The notes under the pieces: generated by a model
The model's database searches: none
What the model was told of the DNA's origin: nothing
The model's input: the letters and a program-made list of their open reading frames with translations, nothing else
Program-made: the position numbers and the translations under genes
From: Protoeuglena noctilucae
Taxonomy: Eukaryota
Assembly (NCBI GenBank): GCA_958009085.1
Contig: OY253686.1
Span: forward strand, 1-64,000
DNA length: 64,000 nucleotides
Direction of reading: 5' to 3'
Shown: positions 1 through 14,508 of the stretch, piece after piece
Position numbering within the stretch: position 1 is the stretch's first letter
How the letters are laid out: each line of letters starts with the position of its first letter

Positions 1-549
1 CGGGTTCCGATGCCCTGGGACCCCACTCCCAAGGCTCAAAGTGCACGCAGTCATGCCCCCCGCGCCGCGCGCTACGAGCTTTTTCAACATATCCTCCACG
101 CATGTAGCATCATCTAATATTCCCCAACACAAACAGCACTCACCCGCATCTCTTCCGACGTCGCCCCGGCCGGCATCGACGCAGCCATGTCCACTCCCCA
201 GCAAACAACCCCCATCCAGCCCTGTCCACACGCCTGTCGCCATCCCCGCCGCTGCATCGTTACCTAACATAACCCCCCGCAGACCCGCACGTACTCCTGC
301 CTCACCTGCATCACTGCCAGTCGCCCCGCTCGAGTGACCGCTCGCCCGCCGCCCACGCTGCACCCCCCGCGGCAGCCAGCGTGCGGCCCTTACCACCACG
401 GCCTTCCTCCGCACCGAACATACCCTGGGCATGCCAGATCGCACGTGCTTGTCATACCATTGTCCTTCACTTCAACACGCGGGGGGTGCCTAGCCACACT
501 AAGGATGCATGCAGCCACGCGCACAGCTCATAGCAAACCGCCACCCCGC

Positions 550-3500
550 TCAGTCGCTCTCGTCCAGGCTGGAACCCGACGCGAGGCGCCCCATCTGCTC
601 CGCCAGCGCCACGACGGCGTCCAGGCCGTGGAACCGCGCGAGGCTCTCGGCCGTGGCAAAGACCTGCGGCCGCCACCACAGACACCGTCCGTCGCCGCCA
701 TGTATGTTACCACCCCACGGCACGCCCCCCGTCGTCAGTCCGCTGCTCACCTGCCCCATGGACTCGGCCGGCACGGTGGCCTCGTAGGTGCCCCCGCAGT
801 CGCAGTGCTGCCGGATGGCCCCCTGCCGGACCAGGCGGCACTTGACGCACCTGCGCGGGACGGAGTTACGGGCGAGAGATGCTGACCAGCCCGCCCGCCA
901 CCCCTCCCCTGCTCCCCCCCTCTCGAGGGCCCCCGCACCTGAGGTCCTGGGTGTGCCACGCCTCCCACTGCGCCCGCAGCGACTCGACCACCCGGACCTC
1001 CACATCCGCCATGTCCGCCTGGGCCCCACAGCCTGGCCGCGGGCAGGCCCAGCCCCCATCAGCCGGGGCGCGCTCACGGCAGGCGTCCACGTCCCGTGCG
1101 TCCCCGCACCCCGGGCACCGCACGCCCCCCACCACCCACGACGGCCGCGGGGGGCGCGCCGAAGCCGCCGGCGCGAACTCGTCCACGTGCAGCAGTCGCA
1201 GGGCGTTGCGCCGCAGCCGCGCCACCGAGTCCGAGACGCGCGGGTCCACGGATAGCAGCTGCGGGGGCGACATGGGCAGGGCGTGTGGGCCGTGGGGCGC
1301 CGCGCGCGCCTGGAGACGTGCAAACGGATTCGCGACCCCTCCTTGCACCCACCTCCCATGCGGCCTTGGCGAAGGCGAGGGCCGGGGTGTCGTTGGGCCC
1401 CCCCGTGCCGCCCGGCAGCTCCGGGAAGGCGTAGGGGCTGCGTCCCGAGGTCGGGGCCCCCGTGGCCACCCGGTCCACCTTGCGCAGCGTTTCCATGACG
1501 GCGGGGGTGATGCCCTCCCGCACCAGCTCCTCCATCTGCCCCGACGCCATGGCCTCCGCGTCCTCGGACCCCGCGCACTGCGACGAGGGTGCGGTGGGGC
1601 ATTGCAGGGAAAGTCATGCAAGGCAGACAGCGGAGAGACGCGCTGCCACGCCACGCCGCGCTCAGGTCCGCTCCTGCCAGCCCCTCCCATAGCACAGCAA
1701 CTGCCCACAAGCGCACTCGCCTGGGCGCGCGACGCCAGCCACGGCTCGACGAGGAAGCGCGCGGCGAGGGCATCGAAGTGCTCGTGCAGGGCGCGTGGCA
1801 GCGCGTCCCGGATCTCCCACTCAGCGTCGATGGGCGGCAGGTGGTCAGGGCCCCACCCGTCGGGGTGCTTGTCCGCTGCGGGGCCGTCCACGACCTGGGG
1901 GCGGCGGGGAGGAGGCACGGTGCGCTTGGCCACTTGATATGCCAGGCCAGGGCAGGAAATCGGCGGCGGTTAGATGGCGGAGGTGCAGCCGTGCGCGTCC
2001 GCAGCCCTCGCCTGCGAGCCGCCCTCGTCGCCCTCATCGCCCTCTCCCCCGTGCGCCTCCCTGACGTTCTCGAACGAGTACCCCGGCGGAGGCGACAGGC
2101 TTGGCTCGCGCAGTCCCGCCCAGTTGGCCGCGTCGCGCCAGAGCAGCGCGTGCCAGGTGCGCGTGACGGGCAGCACCAGCCACTCGAGCAGGTCGTTGGA
2201 AGCGAGGGCGCGGAGGAGGAAGGTCACGTAGCCGCGGGCGTGGGCCACCGAGACGCGGTTGGTAAAGATGACCACGCGCGACAAGTCGCCGTGCACCACT
2301 GCGAGGGGCGAGCGGCAGCTACGGGCCACAGTGAGGCAGAGACTCCCAGCTGGGGAAGCCTGCGGCAGAGGCACGCCCAAGGCTGCGACTCACCCGTGGC
2401 CCCGAGCCTCTGCAGGCCGGAGAGGAGGTGCGAGAAGAGGCGCCGCATGAGGGCGAGGAGGCACGTGGCCAGGGCGGGGTCGTGCACGGCGCTGCGCTCC
2501 GAGGAAAGCCACTGCAGGAGGCCGTCCCGCAGCACGCGGTGCACGGCCGAGCCAGCCTCGCACCTGCGGATGCAGGCAGGGGTGCCGGCCTGAGCCACGT
2601 CACATGGGCCAGGCCACGTGACACGCAGCCCCACCTCGCCCGACTCACTTGGCTTGCCAGGTCAGGACGACGCGCCGGAGCTGCGCCAGGGCCGCCCCGC
2701 AGGCGTCGGTCCCCGGCCCCCTCCCCTCCGCGGCCTCGATGGCGTCGGACTTGAGGAGGGCGCAGAGGGCCAGGTGGAAGACGCCCAGCTCCACGCACAC
2801 GCCGCGGTACGCCCCGGGGCGGGACACGGTCGCAGCCCCGCCCGTCAGCGAGGGCCTGGGCGCCGACGCAGGTGCCGCCCCCGCCCCCGTACGGTCGGCA
2901 GCCATGGCGGCCAGCGCCTCAAGGATGTCCGCGGGGCACTCGTCGGTGGCGCCCACGTCGGGGAGGGAAGCGTCGCGCACCCACAGGAGGTGCCCGGATC
3001 CCATCTGCGGGGACGGACAGCGGCTCGCATAGATGGGGCGCATGGGGGGGTCGCCAGCGGTGCGATGGTCATGGATGCAGCGCCACCCCTCACCAGCGCG
3101 CGGCAGAAGTCAGCATCAGCGGCGCCGAGGAGCGGGTCGGCGGGGAGGTTGCCGATGGGGACGCGGGCGGCCTGGGCGACGGCGCGACGGTCGCGCAGTG
3201 CAGCGGCCGAGGCCAGGAGGCGCCCCAGGGCGACGCGGACGGCGGGGGCCTGCCAGTAGAGGGCGGGGAGGGCGTCGGCGTCGGCGGGGCGATGGGGCAG
3301 GTCGACGCAGGGGAGGTCGTTGAGGGAGGGGACTAGGCGGCGGAGGGCAGTGGAGGGCGAGGGTCCCTCGCAGACAGCCAGGCAGGGGCCGCGGTGGCGG
3401 TCCCGGTGCTGCGCCAGGGCCGCTTGGACGCGCGAGAAGGCCTCGGACAGCGACTTGACGTGGCGCACCTCGAAGGCCAGGCCCTGGGGTGGCGGGGGTG

Positions 3501-6500
3501 CCGTCAGATGTCATGCGGGTCAGACGTCACACGCGTGGGGGCGCATGCAGAGCACTTCACGGCAGCTGCACACCGGCGGCCAAACATTGGCGAACTGCTG
3601 TCATGACCACGACGTGCACGCAGCGCGCCTGGCCATGCACTGCTCTCTTGTCCACACCTTGCCGATCTCCAGGGCCAGCTCAGCCGCCCCCTGGGGCATG
3701 TCAGCATCCGCTCCCTCCCCCTCGTCGCCGTCCTCGAGGGCCGCCGCCTGCGCCGCGTCGACGATGCGGTCCCACGCCGACGACGCCGCGGCTGCGCTGG
3801 CCTCGCGTGGGGCGCGGGCGGCCGGCTCCACGACCAGGAGGTGGGCGGCGCGGGCGTGGGGCACGAGGAGGGCGACGAGGGCGACGCCGCGGAAGGGGTG
3901 CACGAGGTGGAAGAGGGACACGGCGCGGAGGGCGCCGCGGGACAGCGCGGACAGGTACGGGGGGTCGCTGGGGCGCTCGGGGGCTGCGGTGAGGTCCGCC
4001 AGTCCCAAACCCTGCTGCAGGGCGCGGGGGCGCACGTGCGGGGCCACTGCGGCGAGGAGGGCGCGGCGTGAAACGGCACGCGATCGCAGGAGCAGCGCCA
4101 AGCTCGTGAGGCGGGCACGATAAAGGGCGGCCGGTCCGCTCTGCGTGGCTGCAGCAGCAGCCCTCACCGACAGCCGCGGACCCGAACGTGAGGACGGCAA
4201 GGAGGTCGAGGGGCATGCGGGCGTGGAAGACGCCGACGATGTCCCGGTTGGCCAGGACGTGGGCGAGGGCGTGCGCCGTGCGGTGGAAGGCACGCTCGGA
4301 CATGCAGACCTCGAGGACCTGGGGGGCCACGCGACGCGGATCGCGGTCAATGGCAGGCCAAGCGTGACAGAGAGCATGTGCAGCATGGAAGGGCGCGCGT
4401 GCTTGCCTGGAATGCGTCGGCGTCGGGGAGGCCCGTGACCCAGGGGGGAGTGGCAGCACCCTTGGGGAGGGGGGTGACAGAGGCCTCGACGCCACGCTTG
4501 GACGCCACCTCGAGGATGCGCGCAGCAGCTGCCTTTCTGCGGGAAGGGACGGGCGCAGCGCTGCCGAGGCTGACGCTGCCAGCTGCCGTCCGCCTGTCCA
4601 TCATCATCCCCCCGACCACTCACCCCGAACCCGCGTCGGTGGCGACCACGTAGAGCTTGCGGGGCACGCGCAAAGGCACCCCGAACATCTGGTCGCCCAC
4701 CATGGCCCACACCCGGAACTCCCCTGGGGCGCCACCCGGCTGCACCTGCACCACGTCCCAGCGAGCACGCCAGACGCGGCTCTGCGGGGTACAAAGAGAG
4801 TGTGCCGATGGGCGAGCAGCGCTGGAGAGAGCGCCTTCATGCGCCGTGCCATGCTGCGCTCGCCTGCTGCTGGCGGAAGAAGGCCCCCACGGCACCCGAG
4901 GTGGTCGCGTCATCCTCGTCATCTGACGCCTGCCGTGCCGCCACGGCCGCACGGCGCGCACGCTTGGCCGCCCGCTGCGGGGAAAGAGAGGGGGCGTGAT
5001 GGCTGAGACCCAGGAGGGGCATGCATCCAGCCACGGCACGCCTGCTTGCCACGCCGCGCCTCACCTTGCCCAGGGCGGCCATCCACTTGCGCTTCTGCAC
5101 CCTCAGCCACCCCGTGTAGTCGTCCTGCCGACTAGGCACCGGGGATGCCGGCTCAGGCACCGCGGGGCCCCTCGCCCGCGCCGCGTGAGGGGTGGACAGC
5201 TCCACGCGCGCCTCAGCAGCCACGGCGGACCCGGGAGTGGAGGGCGGGCGAGGGCTGGCGCCTTCTTGCCCTCCCGCTGCTCTCGCTGCCGCCGCCGCCC
5301 TCTCGAGCAGGGCCTTGGCGGTCGGCGCTGCGTCCTCGATGTCCATGGCCACGGCAGGGCGCGCCCGTGCGGCCATGGCCCCCATCATGTCGCGGATGCT
5401 GGCCTGGTGCAAAGGGTCCTTACGTTCCCGCACCTGGGGGCCAGAGGAGATGGGCATGAGGACACGAGCGAGAGCGCTGGCAACACCTGGTGCACGTGCA
5501 GTGGCGTGCTGGGGTCCTTGCCCACGCGTGCCCTCGCCTGCTTGCCGAGCCAGTCCGGGTGGCGGATGCGGGGCACGGGGTTATCGACCCCCTGCATGGC
5601 GGCGGGGATGGTAATGATCTTCTGGATGGCGTTGCCCAGCCGCTCGCGGTAGTACTCCCAGTCAATCACGTCCCTGCGAAAGAGAGGGGAGCGGAGCAGG
5701 ACGTGGTGGGTGTCGCAGGTTGAGTGGTGAGGCGGCACAGGCAGCCGGCGGCGCGGCCAGTCACCGTGGGTCCGGCATGCCCTCGCCCGGCAGCACGGTG
5801 CGGCACCATCGCTGGAGGTAGGTGCGGGCCACGTGGGGCTGCGAGGACCAGGCGACGACGGGGACGCAGCGCTCGGTGGTGGAGACGCCCTCGGGGTACT
5901 GGGGAGGGAACAGGGAGGAGGTGTGGGTCACAGCTCAGAAGAGGGACGGCGGGCAAAGGAAAGCGAGCATTGCAGCCACAGCCGCGTTGTGGCACAGGAG
6001 TGGGCAGGGGAAGGGGTGGAGCAATCGCAGCGAGGCTGCCAGTCTAAGAGAGCACGTCGTCCCCCTCAGCTTGCCTTTGCGACGATGTACTCGGCCCTGA
6101 GCCCCTTGTCCTTGACGCGCTCGTCCCCCAGGAAGGCCGCGAGTCTCTTGGCGGTGGTGGTGGCGCAGCTCTTGCGTCCCCCGTACTCCTCCAGTCCCTT
6201 GGACATGGTGGATGACTCGCTCAGGAACCCCAGCAGCTCCGCGTCGTCCAAGTCGCGGCCGCGGGTGTCGAGCAGGTCCAGCCAACTGGGAGCGAGGGGA
6301 CAGGGGGGGTGCGGAGTTGCAGATGCGAGGACAGCTGCCAAGCTGCATTGGGATGCCCAGCTGTGCCATGGGTGGGCCCAGCCCTCTCCCCGCGCCCTCA
6401 CCGGTTGGCGCAGGCGGCCACGGCGTCGTAGCAGTCCTTCAGAGAGGCACCGGAGAGGAAGGGGGACCCGCCGCTGAAGAGCTCCGCCTGAAAGGACTTG

Positions 6501-9500
6501 ACCAGCTGCAGCTCCCCGCGGCGCTTAAGCTCAAAGCCCTTGACCTCCGCCAGGCTGCCGTCTGTAGGGGTGTGGGGGGGCGGGGGTGTGGGATCAGCAA
6601 GGTGGGGCGGAGCGGGGCTGGGATAGCAGCCGCAGCGTGCACATCGTACCGAAGTTGAACACGGCGTAGCGCTTCTTGATGAGCTTGCCCTCTTGCTGCG
6701 ACGCCGGCAGCACCATGGCTTTGTACGGCCCATCCACCTCGAACTCGATAGACATCTCCTGAGGAGGGAAGACAGGTGAGTAAGGGTGTCAGCGCAGGTG
6801 GCCACTGCGCACCCCTGACAGGCAAGGCTGTGGTGTCACTCGTCGCCCCCCTCTCGCGCCCCGCCCGTCACCGTGGTGGTCTGGTAGATCTTGCGCTCGC
6901 GGTCCACGAGGGTCTGGTACTGGGAGTTGGTGTTGTTGGCAGCCGTGACGCGGTTGAGCATGCTGCAGGGGTAGGAAATCTGCAGGCAAGAGAGCGAGGG
7001 TGTCATGGTGGGTGAAGCGTGGATGTGGGGGTGGCACGTGCGCATCATGCGCCCCCGCCGTGCGCCGCTTGCCTTGAATCCCTTGCCCCCCTTGGTTGCG
7101 AGCTTGAACTCCCCCGGGAAGGACGCCGGCAGCGCGACCCAGATGCCGTCGGTGTCGAGCTCGAGGGGGCGCCCGAGCTTGCTGCAGAGGGCGTTGGCGA
7201 CGCTGATGATCTTGGCGCCCGTGTGGGTGACGACGCCGGCCATCTCCATGGAGTACCACCGCGCGCCCTTGCGCATGACGTAGCCGTAGAAGGAGTTGAG
7301 GATGCACTTGTGCGCCAGCTGCAGGGACTCGTACAGAACCACCATGTCGGACGCCTCCTGCACCACCAGGGCACCTGAGGGGGAGGGAGAGCGAGACGGA
7401 TGACGATGTAGATGCTTGGACCCTCGCCAGCCACTGCGCCTTTGATGCGTCGCGTGACAGCCCCTCTCGCCAGCCCCTGCACCCTCGCTGCACTGCATCG
7501 CGTGCCGGCCCCCTGCACCCTCGCTGCATCGGGTGCTAGGCCTCACCTGCCCCCTGCGCCCTCGCCGCGTCGAGCTTCCCCGCCCACTCCTTGGTGAGGC
7601 GCTTGTACACATACCGCCTGTCCCGGAACGCCCGCACCGTGTCGATGTAGAAGGAGTTCTCCCGCATGCACACACCCGCGTCGCGCCGCTGCTCCACGGG
7701 CTTGTCCAGCACTGCAGGCAGTCGGCGGGATTGGATGCTGTGAGCGACGGCCTGTCATGTGACCGGCGTACCCGCATCACCTGCGCTCCCTCACCCCTCT
7801 TGTACACCTTCTGGCAGTATGCCTTGAAGCGCTCCTTGACCAGGCGACGCTGCTCGTCCAGGGCCAGGTCCTGGAAAGACACCTGGCATGGGGCAGGACA
7901 CGCGTCTGACGTTAACAGTGCCAGCGATGCCACGCAGATGACCATAGAAGGCCATCCATTTGTCAACGTAGCCCTCTCAGCCACTGAGCAGCAGAGCTCC
8001 ACCCCACCACCCCCGCGCGTGTCACCTGTCCCCCTCCCTCTCCCCGGAACACCTCCGACTCCACCTGGGCCTTGACGGCCGCGTACTCGGCACGCGTGGC
8101 GGCGTACGTCTCCCCACGCCACACCCAGTCCATGCGCTTGAGGCACGTCTTGCCCGGCTGGTTGAAGTCGCACGCCGCGCACTGCTCGTCCGTCACCATG
8201 GCGGGGGGCTGCGGGGGAGAGCGGAGGGATGTGAGCGGCGCATCCCGACTGTTATGCAATCACCAATGCCACCCCGCTCTGCCCTGCCCTCGCCTGGAGT
8301 CGGTTGGTGAGGATGATGTTGGGATACATGGCCGACACGTCCAGATGGTACAGCACCGGGCACTCGTCGCGGTTCGGCCGGTCCCTCAGGTCCTCCAGCG
8401 ACGCGCGGATGCGTGCCTTGACGTCCTCCAGGCCCACCACGTCCTCTACCGACGCCTTGCCCTCGTGCTGCACCGCGTACTGCATGTCCTCGTCCAGGTT
8501 GTCGATCAGCTCCTGGTAGCCCTGGGGGCGCGAGAGGGGGACAGGGCGCGTCACAGTGAGAAAGGGTGGAGGGGTCAAGTGCGGCTTGTTTGCCTGCGAC
8601 AGGGCGGCCAGCACATGCGCTGCCACCACCGCAGTCACCACCCCGCCCGTCCCTCTCACCGCGGGGGAGCACCGGAACCGCAGGGGTATGTCTGCGCGGA
8701 AGATGCCTGACTCGATGGCCTCGACCTTGCCCCCGATGTACGTCTCGGCCTCGAGCAGGCGGTTGTCGAAGTAGCGCTCATGGGGCGTGACGTGCTTGTT
8801 GGGGGCCACCACCCCGGCACGGTATGCCTCAACCATCAGCAGCATCTCGCACAGCGTGCCCGACCCCTTGCGGAGGACCTCGTCGGGGGCCATGGGGATG
8901 ATGGTGCAGAGGGAGAAGATGAAGGGGTGGATGTACTTCATGTACAGGTAGTAGGTCGCCACTGCGAGCGCGAGAGAGTCAGCAACCGTGTTGGGAGTGT
9001 CACCTATCCCTGCCAGGCACCGCACGCCAACGCTTGCATACATGGGCCCCTCCATTCCCGTCTCCTCCCCAGCCCATACCCATGCCAGCCATGCCCAGCG
9101 TCCCTCACCGGCGTCTGACACCGAGTAGGATGCCATGGTCTGTGGTCTCTCCGCCGCCATGCGCACCATGTCCTCGGGGGGCACCTCCATGGGGTTGTAC
9201 CCCAGCTTGGCGCGGGTGACGGCCTTGAGGCCCCGGGACCCCTGGGGTAGGTACGAGTCGCGGTTGACCCAGTGCATGCAGTCCATGTGGAGGGCAGCAC
9301 GGCTCAGGCACTCCCCGCCGCCCTCCTTGATCCTGCGGGCAGCAGGTGGGAGGGGGTAAGCGCGGTCAAAGCACAGCAGCACTCCCACAGGGCTGCCACG
9401 CCTGCAAGCGGTGGGAAGGCGCAATCTGCCATGGCTGCGTGGCCGTCTCACTTGAACCCGAGGGACTGGTGCATGTCGATGCCGTGGCGCTCCGACCGCG

Positions 9501-11057
9501 CCTGGAGGAATGGCCAGTCGAAGAAATCCCCGTTGTAGGTCACGAAGATGCCCGGCCTCACGCGCCGCATGTGGGCGTACCACCGCTCCAGCAGCTCCCT
9601 CTCGTCGGCCACGTTGACCACGGTGAAGGGGCCGGGGAACTCTGCCTTGGGGGAGTACTCGAAGTCCGCCACGTCCGCCGACACCACCTCGCGGTTGACG
9701 AGAAGGAACCCCTGCCGGTCGACCATGTAGGAGATCATGAAGACCTGGTCGTACTCGGCGTTGGGGAACTGGAGGGGCAGCTTGGTCGTCTCGATGTCGA
9801 AGGCGCACACCACCGGCTCGGCCATGCGGCGCAGGCTCTCCAGCTTGGCCAGGCGCCCCACGCCCCCCTCGGCGTGCACCTCGAACCACTGCCCGGCACG
9901 CACGTCGCAGTCGATTGAGAAGCGCACGTGGTAGGGGACGTCGTACTCGCGCAGGTCCACGATCTGGGCACAGCGGGGACTCCCACATGCGATCAGACAG
10001 CCGCAGCCAGCATCGCGGCAGACGCTGCCGGCATGCGCTGGCCACACGTCCTCACCGCGTCCATGTAGTCCTGGATCGTGGGCCGCCCCTCCGCCGCGAA
10101 CAGGCCCTGGTCTCTGCGCGGCACGGAGAGAAGCGCGGCAATCACCGGGCTCCACCTCTGCCCTGCCATGGGGGGCATGTCGCAGTGGACCCAAGCCAGC
10201 CCAGCGCATCGCACCTCTCCTCCGCGCGTGCCCTGGCGCGGTTGCGCTGCACGGCTCCTTGCAGCTCCCGCTTGACGTCCATGAGCCCCTGCACGGTGTG
10301 GAAGGCGACCTTGACCAGCTTGCGTCGCAGGCCCGACAGGTGGTTCTTCAGGGACAGGTCCTCCATGTCCACCGTCTCGGCGCTGCGCACGCGGCCCTCG
10401 AAGCGACGCCTGGGGGGAGCGGAGAGGGTGCGGGGTTGCGTACAGCAGGCACGGGTGCGTGAAGCGGCAGCAGCGGTGGCACGCGCGAGCGCTGCGAGTG
10501 GGCGGGAGTTGAACAAACACGTGTAGCTCCAAGCGAGGCTCTGGCGCATTGTTGTTCCTGGCACTGCTCTCCGCCCCCTGAGGTCACCTGAGGAAGTCCT
10601 CCACGTCTCCCTCGCTCCCCGGCCGGGTGTGGACGAACAGGTACGGCGCAAAGGGCACGCGGACCTTGAACATGGCGCCGTCCTGCCCCACGAAGAGGCA
10701 CGCCACGGCCGACTGCGCCTGCCCCGTCTCGGCGTCCGCCAGCTGGCAGGGCTGGAAGTTGAGCAGCCACGCCACGCGGGGGGAAGCGCCCGTGTCGGAC
10801 AGGAGGGGGAAGCCGAGGCCGCCGTGCAAGGAGTCCTCCGCCGCCGTCTCGGCGCGGACGTCGCGCTGCTGCTGGCCGCGCGCGCCGGGGCCGCGCTGCG
10901 GGGAAGGCGGGGCGGAAAACGACTCGGCAGGAGCGCACGCTGAGGGCGGGACGCGACGGCACGCGCGGTGGAGCCCCGTGCGCTGCTCCGCAGACTTCCT
11001 CTGTGATCAAATACGCCACTGCCACACCTCAGATCCCTCCGGGGCCCCGTCCGCCAT
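550..11057 (-). CDS. POLE: DNA polymerase epsilon catalytic subunit (multi-exon)
   Basis: Spliced exons give the exonuclease motif AFDIETTK, polymerase motifs [20 protein letters not shown] and [51 protein letters not shown] and C-terminal Cys clusters. The start [10 protein letters not shown] at 11057 splices in phase to the exon at 10895; the stop is at 550. Confidence 0.96.
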
Positions 11058-11787
11058 CGCCTGGGCCCATTTCCCCGGCCTACGCTTGCGCAGCCCGTTT
11101 CCGGCCGGGTTGGAGGCGCCATCTCCGCCCTGCGGAGGCGAAGGATACAGATTAAAGCTGCTTGGTGGATGCGGACTCCGCTGCGCATCGCACGGGATCC
11201 CGAGGAGGCAGGGTGGGTGCGGCCATCTGTTGACTCGCCTGCGCGCCCCGGTCGCGCGCTGCCCTCTCCGCCATTGGACTCGTGCACGAATGCTAGCAGT
11301 TGGAGCCTGTCGGGGTCCCAATCATGGCCGGCGGCCACGAGAGAACGACAGACGGCCCGAAGGAAACCGTGGCGCTGGGTGACACGCCGCGCCTCGATGG
11401 ACGCTCTCAGGGGCCCTTGGTCACCACGACAGCCCTATGAAAACAAATTGTAGCCCCTTTACGTAAGGACAGCAGGCTCTTTTGCTTCTTTCCGGGCCTG
11501 GGTTTGCCGGTCCTGGAAAGGGCGGGAAGGGCCCTCCGAGGTGCCACGGTGGCCCCAGCAACGTGCACGCTCGCTCCGCGACAGTGTATGGGCGACTTGT
11601 TCAAAGGATCACACATGCGGCCAGTTCCCTCGTCGCTAAGAACAGACTGGCGATAGCGACTGGCAGGATTGCATGAAATCAGAAACACAACTGCACTTCT
11701 CGATAGCGATGCGCCAGACCAAGGCGTCCTGGGCGGATTCAACGACCAAACGAAAAGGTCTGTCCTGGGGCGCAGAAAGTCCCGACA

Positions 11788-14112
11788 CTACTGCTCGAGG
11801 CGCGTGGCCTTGATCCAGATGCCCTCAATCGGCTGCATCGTGATGCCGGTGCGGATCGGCATCTCGCTGGAGCTCTTCTGGCCGGGCATGGGCTCGAAGC
11901 GGAAGCGCCGCAGCATCTCGATGGTCGCCAGCTTCATCTCCTCCAGCGCAAACTTCTGGCCGACGCAGGCGCGAGGGCCCAGGCCGAACGGGCTGCGGGG
12001 CGCAGGATGGAGGGACGTTCGCGCTTCAGGGTGAGCACCCTGGACCGACCTGAAGTTGCTCGCCACGCCGCATAAGCGCTCGCCTGTACGCGTACGGGTG
12101 GGATGGCTCCGGCCCGCCCGGCCTGTCGGCCATGAAGCGCTCGGGGATGAATGCCTCGGGGTCGGACCAGTACTTGGGGTCCCTGTGGGCGTAGTAGTTG
12201 GGGAACCACAGCACGGTGCCCTCCTCCACGCGCAGCTGGCGCCCGTCCTCCATGGGCAGCGTCGCGTCGCGGTCCGCCACGCGCACGTGCAGGGGGGCGG
12301 GCGGGTACAGGCGCAGGACCTCCTTGATGGATGCATTGAGGTACGCGCACTCCTCCAGGCGCTCGAAGCTGCGGGGTAAGGGTGACGAGGCGGCGGTCAG
12401 CGAGTGCCTGCCACAACAGGCGCGCTGGCATCGCCCCACCCGCGCCCCCTCGCCTGGGCTCGCCGTCCGCATAAGTCTTGAGAATCTCTACGCGGAGCTT
12501 GTCCTGGATGCCCGGGTTGGCGGCCAGCAGGTGCAGCAGGTACGACAGCGTCAGGGCGGTGGTCTCGGACCCGGCGATGATGAGCAGCCAGATCTGCGCG
12601 ATGGCCTGGTCCTGGGTCACGCGGTTGCCACTCTTCTGCGCCTGCGGGTGCGGCGAAGGGTGCGGGGGTAAAGAATGGTCACGCCGCGAGGCATTTGCCA
12701 TGCAGCCGGCCACAAGCAACTCTGACACAGGCGCTTGCACCATGGCGTGCATCGGCATGTGTCGGCACGCGCGCGCATCCTCGCCTGCATGAGCATGTCC
12801 GGGAAGGACCCCGTGGCGGGGGTGACGGCCCCTCCCTTCCCGCCCGTGCCCCCCGCCAGCAGCGCCTCCGAGACCTTCATCAGCGTCACGCGGCTCTCGC
12901 CTACGCGGAGGCGCGATGGGGCCACGAACCACGGCACGAGCGGGCGCAGGAGGGAGGCGAAGGGGTAGAAGAGCATGCCCAGCGCAGCGTAGGGACTCTC
13001 GTGCGGGTCAGCTGCGGGCGCGGGTGATGAGGAGTGTGAAGGTGCCACCGCTTGCGCCCCTCGCTGGCCCAGCCCCGGTCCCCACATCCGCTGCGGCATG
13101 CGACAGGGGTCCGCATGGACTCACTGGCTTTCTGGAATGCCTCCGCGACCTGCTTCAGGTCCGCGAAGGGGCACTTGCTGGACAGCTGCACGTTGGGCAT
13201 GTCCCGCAGAGGCGTCAGGAAGTCGATGCCGAACGCCGTGCGCCCCACCACGTCCAGCCCCAGCCGCTTGAGCTCGTGGGTGACGTCGAAGTAGTCGCCC
13301 TTGTCGGCGCGGGCGCTGATGTCCTGCACCAGCCGCGCCACCGCCCGGGACATGACCGGCGCGTAGAAGCGCAGGGAGCTGTCGTTGGAGACCTGGGGGG
13401 ATCACGAGGGGGGCGAGACGGGTCGCGAGCACAGACAGGGCGGCAGCGGAGGCGCTCAGGAGAGCGGGAGTGGACTGAGCCGGCTGCTGTGCACCCTGCA
13501 GAGCGTGGCTTACCCAGTAGGTCCAGAGGCCCCGCGTCCGCTTCCACTGGTCGACGTCACGCTCGCACAGGATGGTGCGCTTCATGATCTCCGTGTCCCT
13601 GGCCGTCGGCCCCAGGTCCAGGCCGTCCGTCGATCGGTTGGGGAAGGTGGCAAACGCGCGGATGGCCGCCTCGTACATCCCGGGGTCCAGCGTGGCCACG
13701 ATGGGGGCCCGGCCGAACTGCCCGGCAAACGTGCGGGTCTTGAAGCGATCGCAGAAGAACTTCACCAGGTGGTGCAGGTTGCCCTCCTGTAAATGCCGCA
13801 GGGCCCCCTTGTCTGTCGCGGGGAAGCCCATCAGCCACGTAAAGCCCGCGGCCGGGATCCCCTGCTTCCGGAGACGCTCGACAGCCCTTCTCTCACGGAT
13901 GCGGAGACCGTGGACGAACACCACAAGCACGACGAGCGCGACCGCGCTGAGGGGCACAACCCCGATCAAATACCACTGCGGGGACGCGGGCCCGATAGGA
14001 GCGGGGTTCTTTCCCTGAATGGGGCGCCTTCGATCATTTACATCGCATTCGTCACATCGATGAGGCCCGCGGGCGCAAAGATCACACCCCCGCGGCGCTG
14101 TCTCACCATCAT
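11788..14112 (-). CDS. Cytochrome P450 (CYP711/CYP3-clan-like), multi-exon
   Basis: N-terminal hydrophobic anchor, I-helix AGSETT, EVLR (ExxR), PERF and heme motif PFGLGPRACVG. The inferred first coding exon is ATG ATG|GTGAGA at 14112-14107, spliced to 14014. Subfamily is tentative. Confidence 0.92.
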
Positions 14113-14508
14113 GGCGCCACACTAACCCTGCCGCCTGGAGTACGCGAGGCGAGCCCGATTTGCGAGACCGGCACGCGACGTCGTTGTCAAAGACCGTTTC
14201 TATTAGTAGGCTCGGAGGTACGGGCGATCGCAGGGTCCCGGCCTCGTCTTTCGCCCGTGACCAACCGTAGGTTCTTTGCGCGGATCCGCGGCCGTGTTGC
14301 GATGAGACGTTGCCCCAGGCACTCTAGACTGTGAGACACGACGCTCTCGTCGTCGATTGTCAGGAAAGGCGCCGTGCTCGCCAGAGCCAGCCGTGCCAGC
14401 TGTCAGCTTCGTGTGCTGCTTCAACCTATGCAAGCTGCCTCTGAGACTAGTGGATGCGAGTCGCCCGCCTGAGGGGAAAATCGGCGAGGCGACCGAGCGA
14501 GCCGACCG

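Noticed and set aside
41..337. Pro/Ser-rich ORF at the window start
   Set aside because: Low complexity with no motif support; it cannot be assigned from this window.
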